A stretch of 64,000 nucleotides of DNA, taken from positions 756,033 through 820,032 of the forward strand of contig NZ_CBDEGB010000001.1 in the NCBI RefSeq assembly GCF_965237655.1. Direction: 5' to 3'. Made by a program: the position numbers and the translations under genes. This DNA is from Candidatus Poriferisodalis sp. (GTDB taxonomy: Bacteria; Actinomycetota; Acidimicrobiia; Acidimicrobiales; Poriferisodalaceae). Within the stretch, counting starts at the first letter, position 1, and each line of letters starts with the position of its first letter. The notes under the pieces are model-generated. The model worked only from the letters and a program-made list of their open reading frames with translations. It was not told the DNA's origin and did not search any database. Of this stretch, positions 28,099 through 37,606 are shown piece by piece.

Positions 28099-29607
28099 GT
28101 GACCATCGAGCAGGAGGAGCAAGTGAAGTCTCGCGAGGAAATCATGAACATGTTGGAAGCGTTCGACCTGACTGGGTCGTTCCGGGATGCCGGCGAGCTG
28201 GCCGGTTGTTCGCATCACACCGTCGCCGCGTATGTGGCTGAGCGCGACGAGGGTCGGCTGGGGGGTGTGGGCCCGGTGCGGCGGAAACGGATCATCGATC
28301 CGTGGCTGCCGAAGATCGAGGAGTGGGTGGAGCGCTCCTGTGGCAAGATCCGCGCCGATCGTTGCCACGCCAAGCTGAAAGCGTTGGGGTTCGAGGGTTC
28401 GGATCGCACGGTGCGCCGAGCAGTGGCGGAGGCCAAGAAGAGCTTCCGGGCGGGTCGGCGGCGGGTGTATCGGCCGTGGATCCCCGAGCCGGGCATGTGG
28501 GCGCAGTGGGACTGGGGCGCGGGCCCGGTCATCGCCGGGCGGCGGACGAATCTGTTTTGCGCGTGGCTGGCGTGGTCGAGGTTCCGGGTGCCGGTCGCGA
28601 CCTGGGACCGCACCCTGCCCACGGTGATCGCCTGTGTGGATCGGGCGATGCGAGCCTTTGGCGGCGCTGCGACGTATTGGCTCACCGACAACGAGCGCAC
28701 GGTCACGATCGACCACGTCGCCGGGATCGCCGTGCGCCATCCGGAGATCGTTGCGGTCGGCGGCCACTACGGCGTGACGGTCGCGACGTGTGTGCCGGCG
28801 GACCCTGAATCCAAAGGCGGCAGCGAGGCGACGGTGCGGGTCGCCAAGGCCGACTTGGTGCCAACCGACGCGAACCTGCGCGGCGACTACGCCAGTTGGG
28901 CCGAGCTGGTCGAGGCCTGCGAGGCGTTCACCGCTGAGGTGAACGAGCGGGTCCATCGGGTGACCCGGCGGGCGCCGGTGGAGATGCTCACCGAGGAACG
29001 GCACCGGCTGCACGCGCTGCCCGAACGCCCATACACGGCAGCGCTCGGGGAGACCCGGAAAGTCTCTTGGAGCTCCACGGTCAGCTTCGGCGGCGTGACC
29101 TACTCGGTCCCGCACACCCTCGCCGATGAGACGGTGTGGGTGCGCGTCGACGGTGACCAGGTCGTCGTCACCCACTGCGCACCGTCAGGCCCAATCGAGG
29201 TCGCCCGCCACCAGAGTTCGACACCCGGGCATCCGATGATCGACGACGCCCACTACCCGCCACGCCCGGCTGGGCCACTGGCGCGGCGTCCGAAGCCGAC
29301 GAGCGCGGCCGAGACCGAGTTCCTCGCCATCGGAGACGGCGCCCGCACCTGGCTCGTTGAAGCAGCCGCCGCGGGCACGACCCGCATGAAGGTCAAGATG
29401 GCCCAAGCCGTCACCCTTGCCCGCCTCCACGGCCAGGTCCGCGTTGATTGGGCGCTCGGCCACTCCGCGATGTTCGGCCGCTTCGCAGACGGCGACCTGG
29501 CCTCGATCCTGGCTGCTGACCCGCCCGGACAACCCCGGCGCGCCGATGACGCGCACTCGCTGCAGCCCGGCACCGCCGCTTGGGGTCGCCTCGGAGGCGA
29601 CCGATGA
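28099..29607 (+). CDS. istA: IS21-family transposase IstA
   Basis: N-terminal HTH, then a DDE core (WQWDWG..., WLTDNERT...). 502 aa. The stop overlaps the istB start (ATGA). Confidence 0.9.
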   Translation: MTIEQEEQVKSREEIMNMLEAFDLTGSFRDAGELAGCSHHTVAAYVAERDEGRLGGVGPVRRKRIIDPWLPKIEEWVERSCGKIRADRCHAKLKALGFEGSDRTVRRAVAEAKKSFRAGRRRVYRPWIPEPGMWAQWDWGAGPVIAGRRTNLFCAWLAWSRFRVPVATWDRTLPTVIACVDRAMRAFGGAATYWLTDNERTVTIDHVAGIAVRHPEIVAVGGHYGVTVATCVPADPESKGGSEATVRVAKADLVPTDANLRGDYASWAELVEACEAFTAEVNERVHRVTRRAPVEMLTEERHRLHALPERPYTAALGETRKVSWSSTVSFGGVTYSVPHTLADETVWVRVDGDQVVVTHCAPSGPIEVARHQSSTPGHPMIDDAHYPPRPAGPLARRPKPTSAAETEFLAIGDGARTWLVEAAAAGTTRMKVKMAQAVTLARLHGQVRVDWALGHSAMFGRFADGDLASILAADPPGQPRRADDAHSLQPGTAAWGRLGGDR

Positions 29608-30368
29608 ACCCAGCGCCGATCGACGAGGTCGTCGACTTGCTCCGCGCCCTGCGCCTACCCCACATGCGCGCCGCAGCACCGGACCTGTTGGCCACCGCCA
29701 AGGCACAACGCTGGGAACCGGCCGAAGCAATGAGGGCACTGCTGGCCGAGGAGCTCGCCGGCCGCCAAGCATCCTCAATCCGGGCCCGGCGCAAAGCGGC
29801 CGGGTTCCCCACCGGCAAGACCTTCGACATCTGGGACGGAACCGTCAGCTCGATCCCGGCGCCGACCCAGCGGGCGCTACGCACCCTGGAGTGGATCCAC
29901 CGCCACGAGAACCTCGTCGTGTGCGGACCATCAGGCACAGGCAAGACGCACTTCCTTGAAGCGCTCGGCCAGGCCGCCGTCGATGCCGGCCACAAGGTGT
30001 CCTGGTTCAGTCTCGAGCACCTCGGCGCGCTCGTGCGCCGCCACAGCGCCGACGACACCGCCGCCAAGGCCATCCGGCGGATCATGCGCTCCGACGTCAT
30101 CGTGATCGACGACATCGGCCTGCTCCCAGTCACCACCGAGACCGCCGAGGCGCTCTACCGGGTCGTCGACGCCGCTTACGAGAAACGCTCCATCGCCCTG
30201 TCGAGCAACCTTCACCCCGCCGGGTTCGACGAACTCATGCCCAAGACCATCGCCAACGCCACCGTCGACCGGCTGCTCCACCACGCCCACGTCGTCATGA
30301 CCGCCGGCGACAGCATCCGCCTCACCCAAGCCACCGCCGGCAAGGGGGTGACGCCACTGACCAACTGA
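29604..30368 (+). CDS. istB: IS21-family helper ATPase IstB
   Basis: LRLPHM..., Walker A GPSGTGKTH and Walker B VIVIDDIG. Confidence 0.9.
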   Translation: MNPAPIDEVVDLLRALRLPHMRAAAPDLLATAKAQRWEPAEAMRALLAEELAGRQASSIRARRKAAGFPTGKTFDIWDGTVSSIPAPTQRALRTLEWIHRHENLVVCGPSGTGKTHFLEALGQAAVDAGHKVSWFSLEHLGALVRRHSADDTAAKAIRRIMRSDVIVIDDIGLLPVTTETAEALYRVVDAAYEKRSIALSSNLHPAGFDELMPKTIANATVDRLLHHAHVVMTAGDSIRLTQATAGKGVTPLTN

Positions 30369-30761
30369 CCCACGGGCAGAACACCTGGCCACCACCGGGC
30401 AGTTCTGTTGGCCACCAACGGGCAGTCCTGCTGTCCGCCACTGGGCAGATCCCACTGGCCCTTGACAGCACGCCCTCCGGCGGCAGTGTGGTTGGCTCTC
30501 TGTCCGAGGCTGGCGGTACCTCGGAGGTGCATTCAATGCCCGGCCCTCGCCGGTGCCGGTACACCCAGCCATCCCCAGGGGAACAGAGTCGTGCAGCGCA
30601 TTCCGGTACCAGATCTGTACCACGATTCACGGCGCAGCCGCCGTATTCCGACGACGCTGCAGCGCTGGCACCGTTGGATGCGTTCAGGGATCCCTAGCGA
30701 ATCACGGCGACAGCGAAGCCAAACAATCGCGGTGACCCGTGACCACTGCTGAGCAGCGGGC

Positions 30762-32723
30762 CTACGTGCTCAGTGTTTGATTCAGCGCGTCGAATAGCGC
30801 CGCGAATCGATCCAGCGTCGCGTCGGTGAATGTGATGTCGGAGTAGTTTCGGAGCAATGTCTCGGCGACCTGGCCGTGCACGTACTCTCCCTGCGATTGC
30901 TCGAGCCGCTTGACAATGCGATCGCCAGGAGGAAGGTCGCTCTCTTTCAGGGATGTCGCGAAGGTCCTGTTGTAGAGCGTCAGATAGTCGCCTTCGCTGA
31001 ACAGGTCCTCTATGTCGGCGTTGCTAGACGGTGCCGCAACGCTCGTCAGGATCAGCCGGTTGGCGCTGAGGAGGCCTCGTTGGATCATGTCAGCGACTCG
31101 CTGCATGCCTCTCGCGTTGGCATCGGCGAGGACGGTGATGTCCAGGTGAGGACCGATCAGACTGACGAAGGTCGGGATGTTGGTCGCTCCACCCGCCGGC
31201 AGGACTCTCCAGCGGTCATCGAGCTGTGACCGGCCCGTCGCCGCACACAACTGGCTCATGATCGTGAGATAGACGAAGTCGGAAGTTCCCTCGACCAGGA
31301 GGTTGTCCGGCCCGACAAACAGATTCTGCGCGATGTCGTAGCCGAGTGCCGCTTGGAGGGGGAACAGGCTGTCAGAGTGGGCTCCCATCACCTCCGTGGT
31401 CGCGATCGCGCCTGCGGGCGGGCCCAAGTCCTCGACGATCCTCACTCGCTCCAGCCGACCGGCCTCCACCATGAACGGCGAGTGGGTGGTGTACAGCACG
31501 GGCGACTCAGGTGCCAGTCGCTCGTTGATGAAGCGCAGGAAATCCCCTTGCGCTCGGCCGTGAAGGGTGAGCGCCGGCTCGTCGAGCAGCACGACCGGCT
31601 TGTCCTGCTGGTCGAACTCGCTGAACGCCGCCAAGAAGGAGAAGAACCACTGGAATCCGGACGAGCGTTGGGAGAAGTTGTTGGAATACCCGGTTCGGTT
31701 ATCAGAGAGCCGGATCTCAAGGAAACGCGCTACAGCAGTCGTGCCGTTCTGCCGCTGCACGGTCTGCTTGTCAACATCGGTAACCACTCGGAGATCGGGG
31801 TTCTGCGTCCAATACTCGAAGACCTGGTTGGTCAGGTCGATCTGCACCGCGTCGAGCTCGCCGCGCCGCAGTTCATAGTCGTCGTTCTGGAGCTGACTGA
31901 GTTCTGTTCCCGCGAGCTCGAGTAGCGCTCGAGCGGCCTCGAAGCCGCTTCGTGCGGGGCCGTCTCCGTCGCCGCTGGCGATATCGGCGAAGTCGATGCG
32001 GCCCGGAAGCGTCGAGTACTCCGTGAAGCGGAAGAACTTCGGCAGATGCGGCTCAAGGGCGCTCTCGAGTCGGTCTTCGATGCTGCCGCTCTCAAGTCCC
32101 CGGCTCGCGAGAAGGGCCTTTGCCTCATTGATGTTCTTTTTGCTGAGACCAGGCCCCCGGCCGTCGTCCGTCGCCCCAGACTCGTGTTCCTCGTCACCTT
32201 GATCGGCACTCGGCTCAGATTCCTCGCCGTCCGGGACAAGGCCAGCGAGGGCATCCCTGAGGCCGTCCAACGTGTCCGCATCCGCGAGCGCATCTGCGAC
32301 CGGCGCCGCAAACTCGCTCAACAGGTACTCAACAGCGGAATTCTCGGACAACGCGAATTCCCAAGTCCTCTCGCCGCCGTACTGCCGCGCGACCGTGATT
32401 TCACAACTGGTCAAGACTGCCGCGCCGAAGGTGCCGGTGACCTCGGCCACTTCGTGATCCTCGAGTTCGAGCGAGACGGCTATTGGGGTTGCCTTGTCGA
32501 GGTCGCCCTTTCGCCGGTCTTGGACCGCGAGCCACCTCGGATATTGGTCCTCGACGCTGAACACGTCGCCGTAGGCAGGATTGAAGAGGTAGAGCGCTTC
32601 GAGCAGGGCCGACTTGCCGGCTTCGTTCTTTCCGACGAGACACGTCACCTGACCCTCGATCGAGATGACGCCTGAGTCGACGACGTTCCGGAACACCATC
32701 ACCTGAAAAGACTTCAAACGCAC
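30762..32723 (-). CDS. OLD-family / PARIS-like ABC-type ATPase fused to a TOPRIM (DUF4435-like) nuclease domain
   Basis: RLKSFQVMVFRNV N-terminus, Walker A GKNEAGKS (32610-32633), RSSGFQWFFSF, Walker B VVLLDEP and TTHSP. The C-terminus has LLVEGTSDFVYL...VLADAN (31116-31304). The GTG at 32723 is preferred over the tracked start at 32750. Confidence 0.7.
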   Translation of the reverse strand: MRLKSFQVMVFRNVVDSGVISIEGQVTCLVGKNEAGKSALLEALYLFNPAYGDVFSVEDQYPRWLAVQDRRKGDLDKATPIAVSLELEDHEVAEVTGTFGAAVLTSCEITVARQYGGERTWEFALSENSAVEYLLSEFAAPVADALADADTLDGLRDALAGLVPDGEESEPSADQGDEEHESGATDDGRGPGLSKKNINEAKALLASRGLESGSIEDRLESALEPHLPKFFRFTEYSTLPGRIDFADIASGDGDGPARSGFEAARALLELAGTELSQLQNDDYELRRGELDAVQIDLTNQVFEYWTQNPDLRVVTDVDKQTVQRQNGTTAVARFLEIRLSDNRTGYSNNFSQRSSGFQWFFSFLAAFSEFDQQDKPVVLLDEPALTLHGRAQGDFLRFINERLAPESPVLYTTHSPFMVEAGRLERVRIVEDLGPPAGAIATTEVMGAHSDSLFPLQAALGYDIAQNLFVGPDNLLVEGTSDFVYLTIMSQLCAATGRSQLDDRWRVLPAGGATNIPTFVSLIGPHLDITVLADANARGMQRVADMIQRGLLSANRLILTSVAAPSSNADIEDLFSEGDYLTLYNRTFATSLKESDLPPGDRIVKRLEQSQGEYVHGQVAETLLRNYSDITFTDATLDRFAALFDALNQTLST

Positions 32724-32974
32724 CCTGCACCCCCAGTGCCGCTTCGCCACGACACGAAGCGCTCAATCTATTGGGGGACGGAGTGACACCCATCCGGCGA
32801 CGACACCGAGAATCTTGTCGAAGACAGACACGGCCAGTTGGCAACGATGCGCAACTGCGGCCCTCAACGAGTCCGACTGTGGCCTCCGTGCGTGGCTCGG
32901 TTCGGAAAATCGCTTCGAGTGATGTCACACCGGGTCGCTACGGTCCGAATAGCACCCCAACTTGGACGGCGGGC

Positions 32975-33802
32975 ATGGCTGAGAACCTGATGACGGACAT
33001 CGCGACTCGCACTGATATCGGTTCTCGGGATCGTCAGGAGGACCGCGTCCGGGCTGTTGTGAATGCTGATGGCTCATGGATGGTGGCGGTGGCTGACGGG
33101 TTGGGCGGGCATCCGTTCGGCGACGAAGCTGCGCAGGCGGCTGTCGACGCATTGCCGGCTCGTATCGGGAGCACCGCCGAGATGACAGCGGCGTTCGATG
33201 CGGCAAATGCGGCTGCGTGGGTGCTGCACCCGGAGATGCGCGCCGCCGATGAAGGCGAGTCGATGATCGCGCTCACCACTTTGGTCGTCGCTGCGTGGAC
33301 TCCGCAGGCCGGACTGCTGGTGTCGTGGATCGGGGACTCGTTCGGGTTCATCGTGCCGCTCGGCGCCGCGCCGGGCTGGCACAGCAAGCCGCACAATGAC
33401 CTGCTGGGGTTCGTCAGCCGATGCATCGGGATGTCCCGCGCCGACCCCGACAGCTTCGACCTGCCGTCGGGGGAGGTGGACCATATGGGCGATGTCGTTC
33501 CCCGCTCTCGCGTCGGTGGGTGGATCGTCGACGGTGGCTTGCTGGTGGTGCTGGCCAGTGACGGGCTGATCCGCCCGATCCTCGAGGCCTACCGCCGTGA
33601 GTGGTTCAACGACGATCCCGACGACAACAGCCTCGGCTTTGCGTTGCCGGCGGATCGGCGCGGCACCGCCGCAGAGGTAGCGGACACGCTGATGGACACC
33701 GCTCGCGTCGCGGGTCTGAGCGACAACACGACGATCGCCGTCGCCCGCATCGCACCCGAGGTGTCGGCGGACTCGGCCGGTTCAATGGCCGCGGAGGGTT
33801 GA
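32975..33802 (+). CDS. PP2C-family Ser/Thr (metal-dependent) protein phosphatase
   Basis: RDRQEDR, VAVADGLGGHPFG, LASDGL and SDNTTIAVARI motifs. The ATG at 32975 follows GGACGGCGGG. Confidence 0.8.
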   Translation: MAENLMTDIATRTDIGSRDRQEDRVRAVVNADGSWMVAVADGLGGHPFGDEAAQAAVDALPARIGSTAEMTAAFDAANAAAWVLHPEMRAADEGESMIALTTLVVAAWTPQAGLLVSWIGDSFGFIVPLGAAPGWHSKPHNDLLGFVSRCIGMSRADPDSFDLPSGEVDHMGDVVPRSRVGGWIVDGGLLVVLASDGLIRPILEAYRREWFNDDPDDNSLGFALPADRRGTAAEVADTLMDTARVAGLSDNTTIAVARIAPEVSADSAGSMAAEG

Positions 33803-33803
33803 G

Positions 33804-34661
33804 ATGCCGCAACGGGGCTCGTTCGAGTTCACGACCGACAAGACCTGGGACGACACAGCCGAGGTCGCCGCTGACGCTGTTCGGGACGTGCTGGTGGTCG
33901 GGGACATCCACGGCACCAAGACCCACCTCACCGACGCGATCACCCACGCTGCCGATCTCGGTGCCCAGGCGATCGTGCAGGTCGGCGATTTCTGGCTGGC
34001 GGACCGCCATTGGAGCCGCTTCAGCCCCCTGCAGGCGGAGTACATGCAGACTGCTTGCGACTCGCCGCTGCCGATCATCGTGATCGACGGCAACCACGAG
34101 ATCTGGCCCGCGCTGGGCCGGTACGCGCTGACGGCCGCCGCCCGGGACGCAATGGTTGCACGCCGCCCGCTGCATCTGGGCGGATCGCTGTGGTGGGCAT
34201 GGCGCGGCAGCGTCTGGCGCTGGAACAGGCACGCATTCGGCGCGCTCGGCGGCGCCGTGTCGCCTGACAAACGGCTGCCTGAGGTGCGTCACTACCGATG
34301 GCCCGAAGAGGCCCTCACCGAGGACGACATCGAACGGCTCATCGCGAACACCGAAGCGGAGTTCGACGGCCGTCTCGATGTGCTGTTCACCCACGACGCC
34401 CCCGCACAAGTCACCGGTCTCAAGTCAGGCATGACCGGCATCCCCATCGACGTGCTGCGAGAAGCTGAACGCGGCCGTCGGCTGCTCGCCGCAGCCGTCG
34501 ACCGCACCCAGCCCGAGCTCCTGCTGCATGGCCACTGGCACCAGGCCAACGCCGAGCGCATCAGCGACCGCACCGAAGTGATCGGACTCGCTGAAGACGG
34601 ACGCCGAGATAGCACTGCGTTGCTTCGCACCCAGCCGGGCCTTGTGGTGTCCTACGTATAG
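33804..34661 (+). CDS. Calcineurin-like metallophosphoesterase
   Basis: VVGDIHG, VQVGDF, IDGNHE, FTHDAP and LHGHWH form the full MPE motif set. It starts 1 nt after the PP2C stop. Confidence 0.8.
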   Translation: MPQRGSFEFTTDKTWDDTAEVAADAVRDVLVVGDIHGTKTHLTDAITHAADLGAQAIVQVGDFWLADRHWSRFSPLQAEYMQTACDSPLPIIVIDGNHEIWPALGRYALTAAARDAMVARRPLHLGGSLWWAWRGSVWRWNRHAFGALGGAVSPDKRLPEVRHYRWPEEALTEDDIERLIANTEAEFDGRLDVLFTHDAPAQVTGLKSGMTGIPIDVLREAERGRRLLAAAVDRTQPELLLHGHWHQANAERISDRTEVIGLAEDGRRDSTALLRTQPGLVVSYV

Positions 34662-34686
34662 CCGACCGCGACGCTGATTGCTGTCT

Positions 34687-35664
34687 TCAGCAGCGTCGCG
34701 GCCTCTTTCTTGCTGTTGAGCAGATGTGCAGTGTTCCGCGCACACCGCATGGCGCTGCATCTGGCCCGTTGGGGTGCTTTTGCCATTCGCACAGCGCGTC
34801 TTCGAGGACATCGAAGCCGACGTCCAAGTAGCCCTCGAGCTCGATGAGCCGCTCGTCGAGCAGGAGCGGATTGCCTGCCCAGGTGCCTCTTGGTGCGCCG
34901 TACATGCGCCGTGCGCCCTTGAGCGGTCCGGTCGCTCCTTTCAGGTACGCCTTGCGCGGAGCGAAGTCGGCGATGCAGAGCGCTTCGAGGCAGCACAGGT
35001 AATCGAACCTGGCTAGCCGCCCGAACCTCCAGTTGCCCACCATCGAGCCGAACAGCGAATCGAACGGGTCCGCCGTTTGTCGGGCTATCTCGAACAGCGT
35101 CTGGTGGGTTCCTGCTCGGCGCACCCAACCGACGTACGACTCGATGGTCCTGCCGACGCCGATTCGGTCGTTGAGCGACTCGAACTTTCGGTGGTTGCCG
35201 AAGCCGACGCCCGCGAATCGGTGCCGGTTGCGCTGCAGCCACTCCCGCAGCAGCACGACGTCTGAGGACGCAGCATCCCAGTCCCACAGCCCCGGCTCGT
35301 TCTCGCGGCGGTACACGGCGGCAACCATGTGCCAGCCGTGTATGGGCGAGATGTCGAACGCGGTAGCGAGGAACACCAGCCAGCAGGCTTCCTCTAGGTC
35401 GCCTCGGCGGTGATGAGACACAGCAGCGCACAGCGGATCGAAGTCCTCAGACGACGGGTCCGAGCATCCGCCCTCAACATGGCCCTCAGCCAGTGCGCGC
35501 AGCGAGTCCGAGCTGTGCCCGCTGTCGACGAGATGCTCGACGAACTCGCACCGGCGCCCGTCAACGGCAATCCCCGACAGCGTGCCGACCTCTGACTCGT
35601 ACCGAGCCAGCCTCTCGCCCAGCACCCTCGTATCTCGACAGCGCACCAAGTCTGCTCGCACCAC
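34687..35664 (-). CDS. Hypothetical protein (faint resemblance to aGPT-pyrophosphorylase-like DNA-hypermodification families, unverified)
   Basis: 325-aa ORF with FGNHRKF, FGRLARFDYL and GATGPLKGAR blocks. GTG start at 35664. The native SD (GAGGTG) is now 1.57 kb away, on the far side of an IS. Confidence 0.5.
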   Translation of the reverse strand: MVRADLVRCRDTRVLGERLARYESEVGTLSGIAVDGRRCEFVEHLVDSGHSSDSLRALAEGHVEGGCSDPSSEDFDPLCAAVSHHRRGDLEEACWLVFLATAFDISPIHGWHMVAAVYRRENEPGLWDWDAASSDVVLLREWLQRNRHRFAGVGFGNHRKFESLNDRIGVGRTIESYVGWVRRAGTHQTLFEIARQTADPFDSLFGSMVGNWRFGRLARFDYLCCLEALCIADFAPRKAYLKGATGPLKGARRMYGAPRGTWAGNPLLLDERLIELEGYLDVGFDVLEDALCEWQKHPNGPDAAPCGVRGTLHICSTARKRPRRC

Positions 35665-35759
35665 TACTTGTGTTGCGTCTGATTTAGCGCGACAGGTTCT
35701 GAGTTTTTTCAGGCAGCGTCGGGCAGGGTTGGCGGTCTCAGAGGAGGAGGCTGCGGCCG

Positions 35760-36089
35760 ATGAGTTCGCAGGACCGAATAGCGAAGCGGGTGCTGACAGC
35801 GGAGCAGAAGTACGACTTGTGGCTGCGGATGCTGACCGGGCAGATCACCCAGGCCGACGCGGCGGCGGAGGCGGGGGTGGATCGTTCGGTGATCTCTCGG
35901 CTGCGTGCGGTGGCTCGCGACGGGGCGATCGCCGCTTTGCAGGCGTCCAGGCCGGGGCGGCCGCGCCGGTCCCGTGCAGAGGCGACCGAGGCGGCGGCGT
36001 TGCGCGCCGAGGTCGAGCGGCTCCAGTCCACGGTGGTCGAGCAGGCGGTCGAGCTGGCGGTCCTGCGGGGAAAATCGCATTGGGGATGA
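35760..36089 (+). CDS. Transposase OrfA (HTH)
   Basis: LTAEQKYDLWLRMLTGQITQADAAAEAGVDRSVISRLR plus a coiled C-terminus. ATGA overlap with OrfB. Confidence 0.75.
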   Translation: MSSQDRIAKRVLTAEQKYDLWLRMLTGQITQADAAAEAGVDRSVISRLRAVARDGAIAALQASRPGRPRRSRAEATEAAALRAEVERLQSTVVEQAVELAVLRGKSHWG

Positions 36090-37147
36090 GCGGCCCGATC
36101 CCCGCCCGCGTCGACGGGGCCGCCAAGGCAGCGCTGCTCGGCTTGATCGGCGACGCAGCGGCTGCGGGCTGGAGTGCGGCCCGGGCCTGCGCGGTCCTCG
36201 AAGTGGACCGGGGCAGGGTGTGGCGCTGGCGGCAGCGCCGAGCCGTCGGCGGTCTTGAGGACCTCGCCCCGGGCGGGAACCCGATCCATGGGCTCCTCGA
36301 GTGGGAACAAGCCGAGATCGTGACGCTGTTCGACGACTGGGGCGACATCGACCGCTCGCACCGCAAGCTCGCTCATCGCGGCTCCTACGAGCAGCGAGTG
36401 TGGGTGTCGCCCTCGACAGTGGATCGGGTGCTGAGCCGTCACGGCCTTGCCCTGCAAGGCGATCCGCGGCCAGCGCGCAGCGCGAAGACGCCGTGGCCGG
36501 CCTGGTGCGAATGGCACCCGAACCAGCTGTGGTGCTGGGACGGCACCCAGTTCCCGGCCTGCCGCCCAGCCAAGCACGCGTACGCGATCGTCGACCTCGT
36601 CAGCCGCAAATGGATCTGCACCCACCTCACCGCCAACCCCGACTCGGTCGCCGCTCGGGTCCTGTTCATGCGCGGCCTCGACAACGAGGGGCTGCTCACC
36701 GACGAGCTGCGGGCACGCCTCGACGACCCCGACGCCGAACCCCCCGACGACAGAGCCGAGATCCCGCTGCTGCTGGCGATCTCGGACAACGGCACCGAGA
36801 TGCGCGCCAACGACACCCGCCGGTTCATGGCCCTGTGCTCGATCGCCCAGCACTTCGGCCGCCCCTCCACACCGACCGACCAAGCCTGGATCGAGTCGCT
36901 GTGGGGCCACGTCAAACACGAGCACCCCCACCTCACCGCGATCACCGACCCCGCCCTGCTCGCCGCCGAGCTCGAACGGGCCCGAGCCCGCCACAACAGC
37001 GTCCGGCTGCACGAAGCCATCGGCTACGTGACCCCAAACGACGAACACGAAAGCCGCGGTGACGCCATCCGAACCGCCCGCCAACAAGGGATGCGCAACG
37101 CCGACCGGCAACGCCGAGCCTGGCACCGAAACCGACCACTACCATGA
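36086..37147 (+). CDS. Transposase OrfB (rve/DDE integrase core), in the -1 frame relative to OrfA
   Basis: WCWDGTQF..., ISDNGTEMRAN and WIESLWGHVKHE DDE-type blocks. The same frame stays open upstream to 35582. Confidence 0.8.
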   Translation: MSGPIPARVDGAAKAALLGLIGDAAAAGWSAARACAVLEVDRGRVWRWRQRRAVGGLEDLAPGGNPIHGLLEWEQAEIVTLFDDWGDIDRSHRKLAHRGSYEQRVWVSPSTVDRVLSRHGLALQGDPRPARSAKTPWPAWCEWHPNQLWCWDGTQFPACRPAKHAYAIVDLVSRKWICTHLTANPDSVAARVLFMRGLDNEGLLTDELRARLDDPDAEPPDDRAEIPLLLAISDNGTEMRANDTRRFMALCSIAQHFGRPSTPTDQAWIESLWGHVKHEHPHLTAITDPALLAAELERARARHNSVRLHEAIGYVTPNDEHESRGDAIRTARQQGMRNADRQRRAWHRNRPLP

Positions 37148-37606
37148 CCAACCAACCACCACCGCCCACCCGCCGATGCGGCCTGAAAAAACCGGCGATC
37201 TGTCGCGAAGAGTCAGACACACCTCACTCGCACCACTACTTCACCTCACGAACTCGCAGAAACCGCCCCCTCGAGTTCTACCGCGCCAACGAGACACATC
37301 AGCCCCGCCAGTCGAATCCGAAGAACTGGTCGGCACTGATGCTCTGATCGACCCGGACCAGCGGCTTGGGCGACACCGGGCTTGGGCAGCGACTCAGCCA
37401 AGACGCGGTCCACGACCTCGGAATCCTGCTGCTTCGCCTCAGCTACGGGTCGTCTTCCCGGCCGCGGCGAGCGCTCCCGACATCGTCGGCAACGGTAAGT
37501 CGGCGCTAGTGTCATCCCAATGCTCCCCGCCTTCCCGGCTTGCCGGGAATGGCGGGGTCTATCTTTCGCCAAGAAGTTTCTCGACTAGGCGAACGCTTCA
37601 CGACCG

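Larger units (their letters stand above)
27942..30454 (+). mobile_element. IS21-family insertion sequence (about 2.5 kb) with multiple terminal repeats
   Basis: TGAGATCCTGCCCAGTGGCGG at the left end matches the reverse complement of CCGCCACTGGGCAGATCCCA at the right end. Two or three further CTGCCC(A/G)NTGGCGGCC-like copies sit inside each end. The istA-istB pair lies between. Ends are accurate to a few nt and the target duplication was not resolved. Confidence 0.85.
35670..37226 (+). mobile_element. IS3/IS481-like insertion sequence (about 1.56 kb) flanked by a 15-bp direct repeat
   Basis: Imperfect IRs of about 45 bp (GTGTTGCGTCTGATTTAGCGCGACAGG...TTTTTTCAGGC versus the reverse complement of GCCTGAAAAAACC...GTCAGACACACCTCA). 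CTCGCACCACTACTT lies at 35655-35669 and again at 37227-37241. Confidence 0.75.
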
